DNA of 64,000 bases. Source: Ostrea edulis. Taxonomy: Eukaryota. Within the stretch, counting starts at the first letter, position 1, and every line of letters starts with the position of its first letter. The notes under the pieces are model-generated. The model made no database searches and was not told the origin of the DNA. It was given only the letters and a program-made list of their open reading frames with translations. The DNA is taken from contig NC_079168.1 in NCBI RefSeq assembly GCF_947568905.1, forward strand, positions 18,166,001 to 18,230,000, given 5' to 3'. Below are positions 12,100 through 24,529 of this stretch, piece after piece. Position numbers and translations under genes: made by a program.

Positions 12100-12569
12100 A
12101 GTATAAACTGATTATACACATAATGCATACTGCATGATTTCTTCGGAAAGAAACACTATGTACACGACGCATTAAGTCGGTTTTTGATTTGATGTGATCG
12201 TGAAGTCTAACAATCCATTTAGCCCCAAGCTCTTTCATTCTAGTAAGGGACAAATCTACATAAATTGCTATTGTCTCAAGCTCTTTCATTCTAGTAAGGG
12301 ACAAATCTACATAAATTGCTATTGTCTCAAGCTCTTTCATTCTAGTAAGGGACAAATCTACATAAATTGCTATTGTTTCTTCCACGGACTTAGATTGTTT
12401 TACAACTTCTGCCGCATAAAATTGTTGAAACTGCGATTTCAAGAAATCTTTTGCGCATTCATTGACAGACAAGTCCGTAGTCTGAAGCTTGTTAGTAAAG
12501 TTTGAGGAATAGTAGTACAGCAGCCTTTTAGACTTCAAACGATTGCAAAAATCTTCAGTAATTCCTCCT
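12100..12569 (-). pseudogene. Helical exon-like ORF with an in-frame 17-aa triplication; possible relic or exon related to exon 2 of the protease paralogs
   Basis: Acceptor ttttcgattgtttCAG at 12570-12572. Open frame GGITEDFCNRLKSKRLLYYY..AKDFLKSQFQQF..(ETIAIYVDLSLTRMKEL)x3. The donor is uncertain. Confidence 0.4.
12226..12376. repeat. 51-bp tandem repeat x3
   Basis: Units start at 12226, 12277 and 12328. Confidence 0.95.
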
Positions 12570-12769
12570 CTGAAACAATCGAAAATAAAAGGACTTTTCT
12601 AACCCAGCAGCAAATTGGATTCCTCTCTTATATTTGCTATGTAAGGAAGGATATTTGTTTCGATAATAATAGAACACGGAAATATTCATATCATGTGATC
12701 AGTCATTAAAAATTACTTTGTTAAACACCATTTTATTCTATGCACATGTAATATGAAGTTGATATAAAA

Positions 12770-13595
12770 AGATGCTGGATCTCCTCATTGACTACATCTA
12801 CGTAGTCTTTGGTGGTCAGATCTATCAACAGTCTGTTGGAATTCCCATGGGCATAAATTGAGCTCCTTTATCAGCCGACCTGTTTTTATATTATTATGAG
12901 GCGGATTTATTCCGAATCTTGTACACGAGAAGAAGAAAAATTTCTTGCTGTGGCCTTCAACTCAACATCGTCGATGCTTAATCTATTAACAATGTACATT
13001 TTCATTCATATGTTGATTTGATATATCCCAGTGAACTCCAAATAAGAGACCCAAAATCTTTCATATCTGCTTCATGTTTGGACATTTTAATAACGGCATG
13101 ACTTCAGCTTCTCCATCGTCAACTTAACATAATTATTTATGTGGCAATATCCCATTATCACCTACATCTGGTGTTTATGTCTCTCAACTGATTCGATACA
13201 CAACATGTTTAGCGCATGACCAGTTCTTAAATCGAGTCAGGCTACTGGCAAATAAATTGATGCTACAGGAATTTCATCAGTCTCGTTTGAAGTCAGCATT
13301 TTGCAAATTCTATGGCCGTTATAATCAACTTATTTGCTATTTGCAAATACCAGCTGTCGTTAGGTCGAATGCCGTCTGACGTGTTTCATACCAATTGTTA
13401 TGTCGTTCTTAACATTCTGGTTTTGAATAAGGATTACTCCGTTTACCCGATGAAGATACGGCGGATGTGACCGGTCAACAGGGATGCTAACTCTTTCTAG
13501 GCACCTGATCCGATCTTTGGTGTGTCTTAATTTTGTATTTTTTTATGGGCTTTATGAGACTGATTACTGTTCGTTGTCTTCACTTTTCATTCACG
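12770..13595 (+). mobile_element. Decayed Penelope-like RT fragment with 3' terminal repeat
   Basis: Translates in pieces to QQSVGIPMG..APLSADLFLY, with frameshifts, and ends in the common terminal repeat. Confidence 0.8.
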
Positions 13596-13934
13596 TAATC
13601 AATCATTGTGCTTTCATTGGCCTAGCGGTTTTCCGACTGAGAATGAAATTTGCCTGGAAACTTTTGTTTTTTGGATGACACTTGTCAGTTTTTCCGCCGT
13701 ATGTGACGTTTCCATATGAAGGGAATCGCGCGCCATTGATCCAGTAGATGTGCCCTTAAAACTACCAGGTTCGGGTTGATAGGTGGTGCACATGGAAGAG
13801 CAGGAAAAGATATTAATGTTTTAGTCAGGTTTTAGTGTAAACAAGCAAACGTCACCTATGCACTCATCGACTGCCTGCTACGCTAGTGATATATTGATTT
13901 TGGTCTTTATGGTTAGGTGAAGGAGTTAGTGACA

Positions 13935-14235
13935 AGTATTCAAACAAGTTGATGTTACAGGGGATTCAACATTCTCTTTTGAAGTCAAAATTTCGCAAAT
14001 TCTATCATGGTAGTTACAATGGTCTAGTTTGCCAATATAACATATTTCTGAGTCAAATGCTGACATGTTTCATACCGATTGTTAGGCCGTTCTTGGCACA
14101 TTGATTTTGACTACAGATGACTCCGTGAACCTGATCAAGATATAGGACTCACAGCTGGTGTGACCAGTCGACAGGGATGCTTATTCCTCATAGACACCTG
14201 ATCCCACCTCTGGTATATGTAGGGGTCCGTGTTTG
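13935..14235 (+). mobile_element. Penelope-like 3' fragment
   Basis: acaaacaagttgatgttacagggg..ggactcacagctggtgtgaccagtcgacagggatgc, same family as 5837-6478. Confidence 0.75.
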
Positions 14236-14861
14236 GCCAAATCCACGCCTGCTAATCGATCGATTGCATAACAAGAGATTATGTATAGAAATCAAAAGAG
14301 ATCGATTTCCGGTTATGCAATCGATACCCAAATTTCACATGCATAGATGGTAAGTTGTCTCGATGCAAGCAGTTGTTGAGATTTTAATTAAAATGTAAGA
14401 ATGTGATTCGATGAATAATTATATTTTCTATTGTTTTACACTCTTATAAAATGCAAGGGTGATCGATTAGCGACGAATTGTGTTCTGAAGCGAGGGTCGG
14501 TAGAGCGAAAACGCTGTCTGAGAATCGTATTTACCGACAGGAATTTGTGTTAATTTCATTTTAAACATAATTGTCAATGCTCATCATTAGTTCGCAATAT
14601 TTGCAACCTTTGCAGCATAATTTGAACGTTGATTTGTGTATTATTTAGCAAATATACGATGAAAATGGCGTCGCTTATGCAAGTGATCCGAAAGTCGTGA
14701 AGGAGAATTTAGGTTATGCATGAGAGTAAGACAAAAAAAGTATATTTCACTTAGATTATCTTTACTAGCCAAAGTATATTTAAAAACAAAAGACAACTTA
14801 CTTTAAAGTGTCATAAATGATGAAAATCCTTTATATACATTGTAGAAATATTGAGTGTAAA

Positions 14862-14932
14862 AAAAGGCCTAAATTTTGCAGCCCTTCACCGGCAGTGGTG
14901 ACGTCTCCATATGAGTGAAATATTCTTAAACA
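14862..14932 (+). mobile_element. 3' fragment of tRNA-derived SINE
   Basis: aggcctaaattttgcagcccttcaccggcagtggtgacgtctccatatgagtgaaa, as in the full SINE copies. Confidence 0.75.
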
Positions 14933-15308
14933 ATATATATATATATATATATATAATGGTGTTCGATGATGGTGGACGTAACGGATTGACTGAGAAAAGT
15001 TATACGATTTTACGGAATATGTGTTCCACTAAAGACTCTGTAAGTAATCTTAGCAATACTATAGATAGTGTTTTGAACGAGGAAGATACAATGCAATGTG
15101 CATATAGTCCACAAAACTCTGAAATAGTCCATGTTCTGACAAACAATCCAGTGAGCGAAAACCAACCTGAACACAATTTGGTTGAAGAGACATTTCCCAA
15201 TACTGTGCTGACAAATTGTACATATGATTTTGAGTCGTTTGACAATGTTCTACAAAACCTTCCAAAGGAAATGTATATAGATGGTTTTCCATCGAAACGA
15301 TTAAGCAA

Positions 15309-15580
15309 GAGTTATTTCCCATTGGCCGCCATATTGTAGGTTAACATGCCCGGATTTCTTCATTATTCAACCAAAATCAGCCTTGTTATTCTGGTCACTG
15401 AGGTGAAGATAAACTGTTTTTCTTATTAATATACATTTGTTAATGCATCTTTTACTTCATAATTGCAATATTGCAAAGATTTCCCCCCATATATTTCTGC
15501 CTTACATGTTTGAAATTGGTTGCCCAAAGAGGAAAATCCACCAGTTTGACCTACAAGATGGCGGCCAAGGGGAATAACTC
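15309..15580. mobile_element. ~270-bp MITE-like insertion in LINE ORF1
   Basis: ~35-bp imperfect TIRs gagttatttcccattggccgccatattgtagg / cctacaagatggcggccaaggggaataactc. Confidence 0.8.
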
Positions 15581-16758
15581 GGGGTCAAAATACGTCATAT
15601 GAAAACCATCTATTGAAAAACTGTTGCAGTTAACGTCCAATAACGAACAGCTTATGATAGAATATAGGACATTTCTTTGTAGCAGGGCTAAAGCCATTGA
15701 AGGGTGTCCTAAGGGAAACCTCATACAGCGTAGAACCACTAAAGCCAACCCAAGCTCAGTAAGATACGCAAAGGACTGTTTTGCTCTTTATATGTTCTGT
15801 AATGGTGACAATTCGCATCTATCAGATGTTTTTGACAAAAAACAAGATATTTCTGAAATATCAAGTCTAGCGCATTTACCATAGATCAACACTAGATAAC
15901 GCAAACACTTGTAGAACGTATGCATGAACTTGAAGTCAGCGCATCAGGCACAGACAAAATTATTAAAAACATGAAAAAAACTATAACAGATCTCAAATCT
16001 AAGAATTCTTCATTAATTGCGGAAGTTGATAAAATGAAAAGTGACATCGAAGTCCATGCCACATCATGTGAAACTTTTCGTAAAACCACTAAGGCACGCC
16101 TGAATTGTGTTGAAGGTCTTGACTTTACTGAGGAACAAGCCAAATCTCAAAAAATCGGCAATGAAATATCTAGATTGTCCAAACTTTGTCAAAGTCTACA
16201 GAAACAATTGTCTGATATAAAGATGTCAAAGTCATATGCTGCTGTCGTTACCCCACCGAGGGCCCCAGATAGTCGATTTCAGATCAGTGAAAGCACTTCG
16301 CGGTCCAGTGATCATTCACAAGGCACGGTACCAGATAACGGTACAACAGAGAATTCCACGCGAAACACACAAGAATGTCCAGATAAATGCAAAGTACAGA
16401 AAGAAGTTACTGATGAAAATCATAATGCGCCAAAACATCAGTCAAATGTAAAATTAAGTGATACTAGTAGTTCCTGTCCAGCACTGACAGACAGTAGCCA
16501 CCCAAAAAACAACATTCCCATCCCTGTGCATATTTCCCGGAAGCCCAACTCGTTTGTAGCAAAAGAATCTGGTCTAAATCAAGCCCATGATCCAAATCAA
16601 AAACGAGACGTATTTCTCGGAATAACGCATCATAGACGGAGGAACGCTCAATTTTACCTCATGGGCATAGACTGTGACGCTACTCGGGATGGCATTATTA
16701 ACTATGTAAGAGACAGTAATATCCATGTGACGTATCTATCCTTATTCCAGTCCAAATA

Positions 16759-17179
16759 ATATGTTGTACGGTGTGACCGTTGAGACGAGCGAAGCCCATT
16801 TAAAACATCTTGCAACGACTTATAGACATTTTATCCGCCTCTTTATTTAACGCGGGAAATATCATGCGGTGGATGTAAACAGTTTCATCGTGACGTCATA
16901 TTAGTAGCAATTTTCTTCTTCTTTCAAACCAAGCATTCACAAAACGTTTGAAGCTATGAGAAATCTAGTCTGGAATTTCAAAACGTTTATGGTACTTTCT
17001 AAACAATCTAATTAATTTAAATACGGGATTGTCAATGAAGTATACCGCAGTGACGGCGACATTTTTCCAGAAGCATTATGGGTGATACTCAACTTTTTTC
17101 AACTGATAAAGAGCAAATCACGTGACTCATATGTGTAATCATTGGAGCGAGCTCGTCGCGACGCGAGCTTCGCTCGCTA
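16759..17179 (+). mobile_element. HINE/Helentron-like non-autonomous element in LINE ORF1
   Basis: SubTIRs cgagcgaagc..gcttcgctcg and a 3' hairpin. Its removal restores ORF1 in frame (FQSKYNQDCLSAKIHV). Confidence 0.7.
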
Positions 17180-17351
17180 TAATCAGGACTGTTTGTCTGC
17201 GAAAATCCACGTTCCCGAAGAAAACCGTGAAACATTATGTGCGCGATCATTCTGGCCTCACGGAGTCAAATGCCGTCCATGGATCAATGCACATGAGAGA
17301 CAACGAAGTCGCCAAAACGATTATAAAGATACTCTTCACAATGAACAATCT

Positions 17352-18184
17352 TAGACAATACATAATGTTGTGTATCACTATAGTACATATATATATATAA
17401 TATGTATACGGTGTGACCGTTGGACCGAGCGAAGCATGTACGTAACTCCGTGTCCCGAGTGGTAATCATAATTCCGTTAAGTACGGTAGATTATGATTCA
17501 TTTAAAAATATATATTTTGAATGAAATTTCCTTGCCCTAAACACCCAGTAACATCTCAATATTAAAGGAGTTTATATGGGGACAACAGTTTTACATGATC
17601 CGCCTATTCATTGAACGCGGGAAATAAAACGCAAGGCGACGTAAACTGTGCATTGTGACGTCACATTTAGCCTCGACTTTTTTCTCTTTTTCAAAGCAAA
17701 TAATTATAAACAACAATAATACATTCCGTATGCAATGAAAAAGGCTGTTAAAACTAAACAAAATTAACCAATAAATTCAAAATGGTAAAAAAGTAACCGT
17801 AATTTTATCGTATACTCTTATTCAAAGAAACTCATGAACTCGTCCATCTATTTAGTCGTATTACGGTTTTATATGTATTTATTTGCTAAAACCTGTTACA
17901 ATGATAATTATACTATTCACTTTGAACAAAATGAGTGTTTAAATTACGAATTGCACGTTAGAGTCTTCTATTATTGGCATTCAAAATAAAACACGAATAA
18001 CTGTTGAAGCAGGTAATGAAAAAATAAATGGCGGCGCCCATATGGATCACGAAAATTTCAGTGAACGTATATAGAGATTATCTCTTTTTCTTTTGCTGAT
18101 TTTGACTTTTTTCTTTTACATACGTGTTACCTTTAGAGCCTTGCTTCGCGGACGGGCCTTCGGCCCGTCCGAGCTTCGCTCGGT
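17352..18184 (+). mobile_element. Second HINE/Helentron-like element of the same family, in the LINE ORF2 start
   Basis: Same tacggtgtgaccgttg..cgagcgaagc head, cggacgggccttcggcccgtccg hairpin and gcttcgctcg end. Its removal gives ORF2 MNNLLLTVLNWNVRG. Confidence 0.7.
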
Positions 18185-21100
18185 ATTACTTACAGTTTTG
18201 AATTGGAATGTCAGAGGAATTATGTCCTCTAGTGTATCTTTGACAAATCTTTTACGTTTATCTGACTGTGATATTGCTGTAATCTCAGAATACAAGTTAC
18301 CCGAATAATGTTCTAAATTCTTTGGTTGTATTGATAAGAATTATATAAGTGCAGCAAAATTTGAAAAATCGGACAAAAATGATGAAATAGGCAAAGGAGG
18401 TGTAGCAATATTATACAAAAATTCCTTAGAATTTTACACATCTTCAGTTTACACTAACTCCAACAGAGTTGTTGGTATCTGTTTAAAAACTCCAAATCAT
18501 GTTCCATTATATGTTTTTGGTGTGTATTTACCGTCTGAAAACAATGTTGATCAATATAGAGAAGTGTTGAATATACTTAACGGATTATTCACTAATTACT
18601 CAAATCATGGTCATGTAATTTTTGCTGGTGACATGAATGGAAGCATACTACAAAAAGATGCTGACAGGACAAATATTTATAAATCAGCTGAACTTACAAA
18701 TTTTGTCAGGAAAAACAACATGTATTGTGATGTTACTAGTAGTAAGAAAAACCAATGTCAAGATGTTTATACATTTGTACCTTGTAAAACCATGTTAGAT
18801 TATATATTTGTTAGTGAATCCCTACAAAATCGTATTTTAGATTATGCAATTATAGAAGAAGGTATAATATCTAGCACCTCAGACCACTTACCTATAATAG
18901 TTAAGATTGAAGTTTTGGAAAACCCACACACATTATTACCAAACACATCTAAATGGCCTGCGTGGCACAGAATATGCACAGATACAAAGATCCAAGTACT
19001 GTAACCAGCTGAAAAAAGACTTAAACCATATACTGCTCGATGAGAACAACATGTCGTCTGTAAATGATATAAATACATATTCAACAGAAATTGTTAACGC
19101 TGTGATAAAAAGTGCCAAACTAACTATTCCCATGTGTTCATATAATCCTCATACCAAACCTTATTGGAATACCTCAGTAAAGAATCTCATAAGAACGAAA
19201 TGGAACTTAGAGTCAAATGGGTAAAAGAAGGAAGACCTCGGGGTATGCAGCACATATCGTATGCTGAGTACAGGTTGTATAAACATGCAAAACGCCATTT
19301 CCGACGATGTCAAGAAAGCGCCTCCCAGGACTTTATTCGAAAAACGTACGAAGATATCGACAACGCTGCAGGAATCGACATTCGATTGTTTTGGAAATAA
19401 ATTCGTCGACAAAAACCACGTCAAACAAAGTTATATCCAGAAATACAGTTTGCCGAAAGAGTAGGAAATACACCTGAAAGTGTCGCTTCAGTTTTTGCTG
19501 AATACTTCTCAACTGTGTACGAGCCCGGACAAAATGAAATGTATGACAATCAATTTTACAACAATACCATTCGACAATACAATCGCATCAAAATACAAGA
19601 AAATCAAAATTCTGCCGATCTTCCAGGTGGATATATTACAGAAAAGGAAGTAGTTGATTCTATAACACTATTAAAATTTAAAAAAAAAGCCCCTGGGCCC
19701 GACAAAATTCAATCGGAACATTTGATTCATGGAAAATGTGTATTATCAAAATATTTATGTGTATTATTCAACAGCATAATAAAACTAGGTAAAATCCCCT
19801 CTGGATGGAAACAAGGTTTTATAGTACCAATTTTCAAGGGTGGAAACAAACAAAAAACTTCTCCTGACAGCTACCGACCCATTTCATTATTGTCTACTAT
19901 ATTCAAAGTTTTTGAAAAAATCATCTACACAAGGATTATGAACGTAACATTCAAAGAGAAATACCCGAGTCCTCAACAACAAGGTTTTCATAAAGGTTTA
20001 AGTACTATCACAGCTGCATTTAACCTTCAAGAAACAATCTTACATCACATTGAAAACGGATCACGTGTATATGCATGTTTTCTAGACAGCCGAATAGCCT
20101 TTGATACAGTATGGAGAAAAGGATTGCTTTGTAAAGTTAACGAAATAGGTATCAAGGGAAAATTATGGACATTGATAGACGACTGCCATATCGATACCAA
20201 AAGTGCTGTAATTGTAAATTACCAACAATCAGACTGGTTCCCGGTTGAACAAGGAATACGGCAAGGCGGTGTCTTATCTGGATTTTATACACAGTTTATA
20301 TCAATGACTTACTTAACGAACTTGGTCACATCAATAAAAACTTCGGAATTCATAATATAGAGTCATCGACCTCTGCGAGATATTGCCTGTTTATCGTCAA
20401 CTCCGCACTCACTCCAGAATATGTTGGATGTAGCATACACTTATTCTTGTAGATGGAGATTCTCTTTCAACGCTAAAAAATCATGTATTATAGTATTCGG
20501 TAAATCTCACAATGTCGTCTCAAATCAATGGTTAGTGGGCGATGAAATCATTCCTGTAAAGAGTGACTACAATCACCTTGGGATCATTCAAAACTCTCAT
20601 TTCAAATCTCTAACCAGGACAAAGGAGGCATGTGACAAAGGCAGACGATCTTATTACTCCATAAAACACTTATCTTTAGAAAATTCCAATCCAGTTACTC
20701 TTGTGAATCTTTATAAAAAGGTAGTCCTACCTTCTACATTATATGGATGTGAAATTTGGAATGATCTTAAAACCCAGGATCTTCAGATGTTGCGTCGACT
20801 TCAACATTTTATCGTTAAAGATATTCAAAGCTTAAATCTATCAACACGGTCCGATATGTGTGAAAGCTTATTAGGTCTCAGACCTATCATATCTGGAATT
20901 GATAAAAGGAAACTGTTGTTTTTAGGAAAACTGTGCAATTTCTCTCACAATGTGCTGGCGAAACAAATACTTCTCTTCAGACTCTTTACATTTTTGTGTA
21001 ACCCATGGGAAACCACGCACGGATTCATTAAAGACATTCTAGTCATTCTGGATAAGTACTCCTTGACGCAATACCTTGCATCTTACTTGGAATCTGGTGC

Positions 21101-22460
21101 CTTCCCAAACAAATATACCTGAAAAAACACACTGTAAAATCCTCTATTTCTCTTTACGAAGATTGTGAATGGAATAAACGAACATATCTTGACTCAGACT
21201 TTACGCGATTTATACAGTTACATGATGGAAAGGGGTTGCCAAGAATTTGGAAAATCATATGGTCGACACAAGAAACCAAAATTATTAAAACCTTAGTTAA
21301 ACTCTGGACAATACCTCCCATGAGAAACATATATACATGCCAACTTTGTAACTCCCAATATAATGATATGTTTAAACACATTGCCTGCAGTTGTCCCAAC
21401 TTTTCCTCAAACAGAGAACAATTTTGGGACGATATTACAAACCTTGATCTGTGTGTCTGTGCAGAATTCTGTGCCCTTGATGAAGAAGATTTATATACAT
21501 ATATGTTAGGTAAAGCCCCAATTTATCCACTGTCAGAACAGAAGGAAAAAAAGTTACTACTTATATGTGGGAATTATTTAATTAAAGTTTTTGCTATATA
21601 CAAAAGGTGCATATGAATTTCAACTAAAAGTTAGTATACAATAAGTTCCTTTTATATCACATTTCCTTTCTTTTTTATTCATTTACATTTAATTATGTAA
21701 TGGTAGTTTTTTCTTCTTCTTTGTTCTCACATTTTCATATTTGTACATATGTTGTATGATTCATCCCTAATATAATATATATATTTGATATACTCTCTGC
21801 AAAGAGGAATAAAATATTGAATGAATGAAAAAATCCCATATTCTAAAAGAGACAGAGAACCTCGGTCATTCAATTGCCGACATAACTTCATCTCTATTAT
21901 GAATTCTGTCAAAGATTATCCCAGACGACGGGCTAAATATGAAAAAGAAGAACTTGATACATTGTCAGAATGGATTAAAAGTATAAGAGGAATATTAAAA
22001 TCCCGCATTAAACATATTTAACAAAAGTACGTTCCAACTATCCTTCTGTGTTTAGTAAACCAAAAGTGAAAAAAGAATTAGATAGGTTACATGAGGAATA
22101 TATTTTGGTTCCAGCTGACAAAGCTTGTAACAACATTGTCTTTGTTTGTAAGGTTCATTATTACAACTGTATTTTAAACGAACTTGGCATTAACTCCACT
22201 TTTGGTAATCGTACTTATACTCCAACTGCCCTTCCAAAAGATGACATTCTTCAAAACCATGCTTCAGTTTTAGGCACATTTGGTATTCCTGTCGGTGGGT
22301 CGAATGAATGAGTTACCGTACCTATACTGGATTCCTAAACTACATAAAAACCCATACAAACAAAGATACATCGCTGGATCCAGTAAGTGCTCTACCAAGC
22401 CCCTATCTTTGCTCCTCACGAAAATATTAACAGCTGTGAAGGAAAAACTTCAAACTTACT

Positions 22461-22710
22461 GAGAGCGTTCGCCCCGCATGCCGAAGGCCGGGGTTCATAT
22501 CCCGGCCGCGATAGACCTAAGTCGTTAAAACAGGTAGTGACAGTTCCATCGCCAAACGCTCGGCATGAGGTGTGAATGTCACGGGTCCTCGGAGATGGCC
22601 TTAAAACGGATGACCCGTGTCATAGTAGGTGTGGCACGCTAAAGAACCCTCACTGCTTAATGATCATAAGCGCCGAACATAGGCCTAAATTTGAAGCCAT
22701 TCACCGGTCT

Positions 22711-22745
<35 letters not shown>

Positions 22746-22780
22746 CGAGAGGTTAAGCAAGATACAATCAATCAATCAAT
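22461..22780 (+). mobile_element. tRNA-derived SINE with (CAAT)n tail
   Basis: tRNA-like head with B-box-like ggttcatatccc, a caatcaatc tail and a 9-bp TSD aaacttact. Confidence 0.85.
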
Positions 22781-22925
22781 AAACTTACTGTGCGACTACA
22801 TATGCCAGAAGTGGTGGTGGATTCTACAAAAATTCTTAAAGAACTTTGAAATCACAAAACTTTTCTCAGATCAAGAACATCAAAACCTATGAATTTTCAA
22901 CACTTTACACAACCATTCCTCACGA

Positions 22926-23187
22926 ATCCGGGTTAGAATAGGTCCTCAGTACCCCTTGCTTGTCATAAGAGGCGACTAAATAGGGCGGTCCTTCGGATAA
23001 GATCGCAAAAACCGAGGTCCCGTGTCACAGCAGGTGTGGCACAATAAAGATCCCTCCCTGCTCAATGGCCATAAGCGTCGAGCATAGGCCTAAATTTTGC
23101 AGCCCTTCACCGGCAGTGGTGACGTCTCCATATGAGTGAAATATTCTCGAGCGGGACGTTAAACAATATTCAATCAATCAATCAATC
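22926..23187 (+). mobile_element. 5'-truncated SINE (related subfamily)
   Basis: atccgggttagaataggtcctcagtacccc.. body and caatcaatc tail. No TSD seen. Confidence 0.8.
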
Positions 23188-24387
23188 ATAGACAGTTGCT
23201 TCTTCAGCAAAAATGGAAAACGGAAATATTTCTATGTAGTGATCAGTCATCCAAACAATTACTTTGTTAAACACAACTCTGATTCCACGCACAAGTATTC
23301 TGAAGTTGAAATAAAAAATATGCTACAGTTCCTCACTGACAATATCTTCGTGATCTTTGGTACATATGTAATCAGGTCTTCCAACAGTCTGTTGGAATTC
23401 CCATGAGCACGAATTGTGCTCCTTTGTTAGCTGACCTGTTTTTATATCCATGCGAAGCAGAATTTATTCAGAAACTTCTACGTGGGATGAAAAAATCTCT
23501 TGCTGTGGCTTTCAATTTGACATTTAGATACATGTATATCAAGGACGTTTTATCTATTAACATATGTCGATTCGATATATCCCTGCGAAAACGAAATAAA
23601 AGACACTACAGAGTCGTCCACTTCTGCTTCATACTTAGATATCTTATTGAAAGTAGATATTAACGGCAAACTAACAACTTTATGACAAAGGGGATGATTT
23701 CAGCTCCTCCATCGTTAACTTCCCATATTTATGTAGCAATATTCCATTATCACCTGCTTATGGTGTTTATATCTCTCAACTGATTCGATAGGCAAGAGCT
23801 TGTTCTACGTATGGTCTGTTTGCAAATCAAAGCAAGTTAATGACAAACAAGTTGATGGTGCAGGGGTTTCAACAGTCTCGTTTAAAGTCAGCATTTTACA
23901 AATTGTATGGTCATTGTAATGATCTAGTTTGCCAATACAACCTATCATTAGGTAAAAATGCTGTATGACTTGTTCCATGCCGATTGTTACTTCATTCCTG
24001 GCACACTAATGTTGACTATGGATTACTCCGTTTACCTGATCAAGATATAGGACTCACAGCGGGTGTGGCCGGTCGATAGGGGATGCTTACTCCTCCTAGG
24101 CACCTGATCCCACCTCTAGTATATCCATGGGTCTGTGTTTGCCCAACTTTCTATTTTGTAACCTTATAGGAGTTATGAGATTGATCACTGTATGTTATCT
24201 TCGCCTTTCATCAGGCAAACAGATATTCTTGATTTTCCTCCCCTTCCTTCGGTACCATGATATGATGCTTTGACCCCAGAATGATGTTTACGATTTTATT
24301 ATCGCCCATGTTAGGTCTACATATTTTTAGGAAATAAAGATCACGTTTTAGTGTATATTGCAGGATTACCTCCGAGGTTGAGAAATT

Positions 24388-24529
24388 TGTTTGAAATATA
24401 AAAGCCGAGGTGTTAGCGGAAGCCGAGGTGTTAGCGGAAGCCGGAGTGTTAACGGAAGCCGAGGTGTGAGCGGAAGCCGGGGTGTTAGCGGAAGCCGAGG
24501 TGTTAGCGGAAGCTTTTATATTTCAAACA
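24388..24529. repeat. 18-bp tandem array (~6 copies) enclosed by a perfect 18-bp inverted repeat
   Basis: Unit aagccgaggtgttagcgg at 24402-24513. Flanks tgtttgaaatataaaagc / gcttttatatttcaaaca. Confidence 0.9.

Larger units (their letters stand above)
14956..21829 (+). mobile_element. Near full-length decayed L2/CR1-group LINE: ORF1 (coiled coil plus RRM-like FWPHGVKCRPW) and ORF2 (APE endonuclease, RT, C-terminal CxxC..H..C)
   Basis: Endonuclease motifs NWNVRG, GGVAI, YLPSEN, AGDMNG, SDHLP. RT motifs APGPDKI, YRPISLL, QQGF, FLDSRIAFDTV, GIRQGGVLS. CQLC..HIACSC. 3' end aataaaa..tgaatgaatgaa. Multiple stops and frameshifts. Confidence 0.9.
21852..24210 (+). mobile_element. Longest Penelope-like retroelement copy in the window (decayed RT), interrupted by two SINEs
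   Basis: REPRSFN..LSEWIKSIR, LVPADKACNNIVFVCK, LPYLYWIPKLHKNPYKQRYIAGS, GIPMSTNCAPLLADLFLY, followed by the terminal repeat. Confidence 0.85.
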
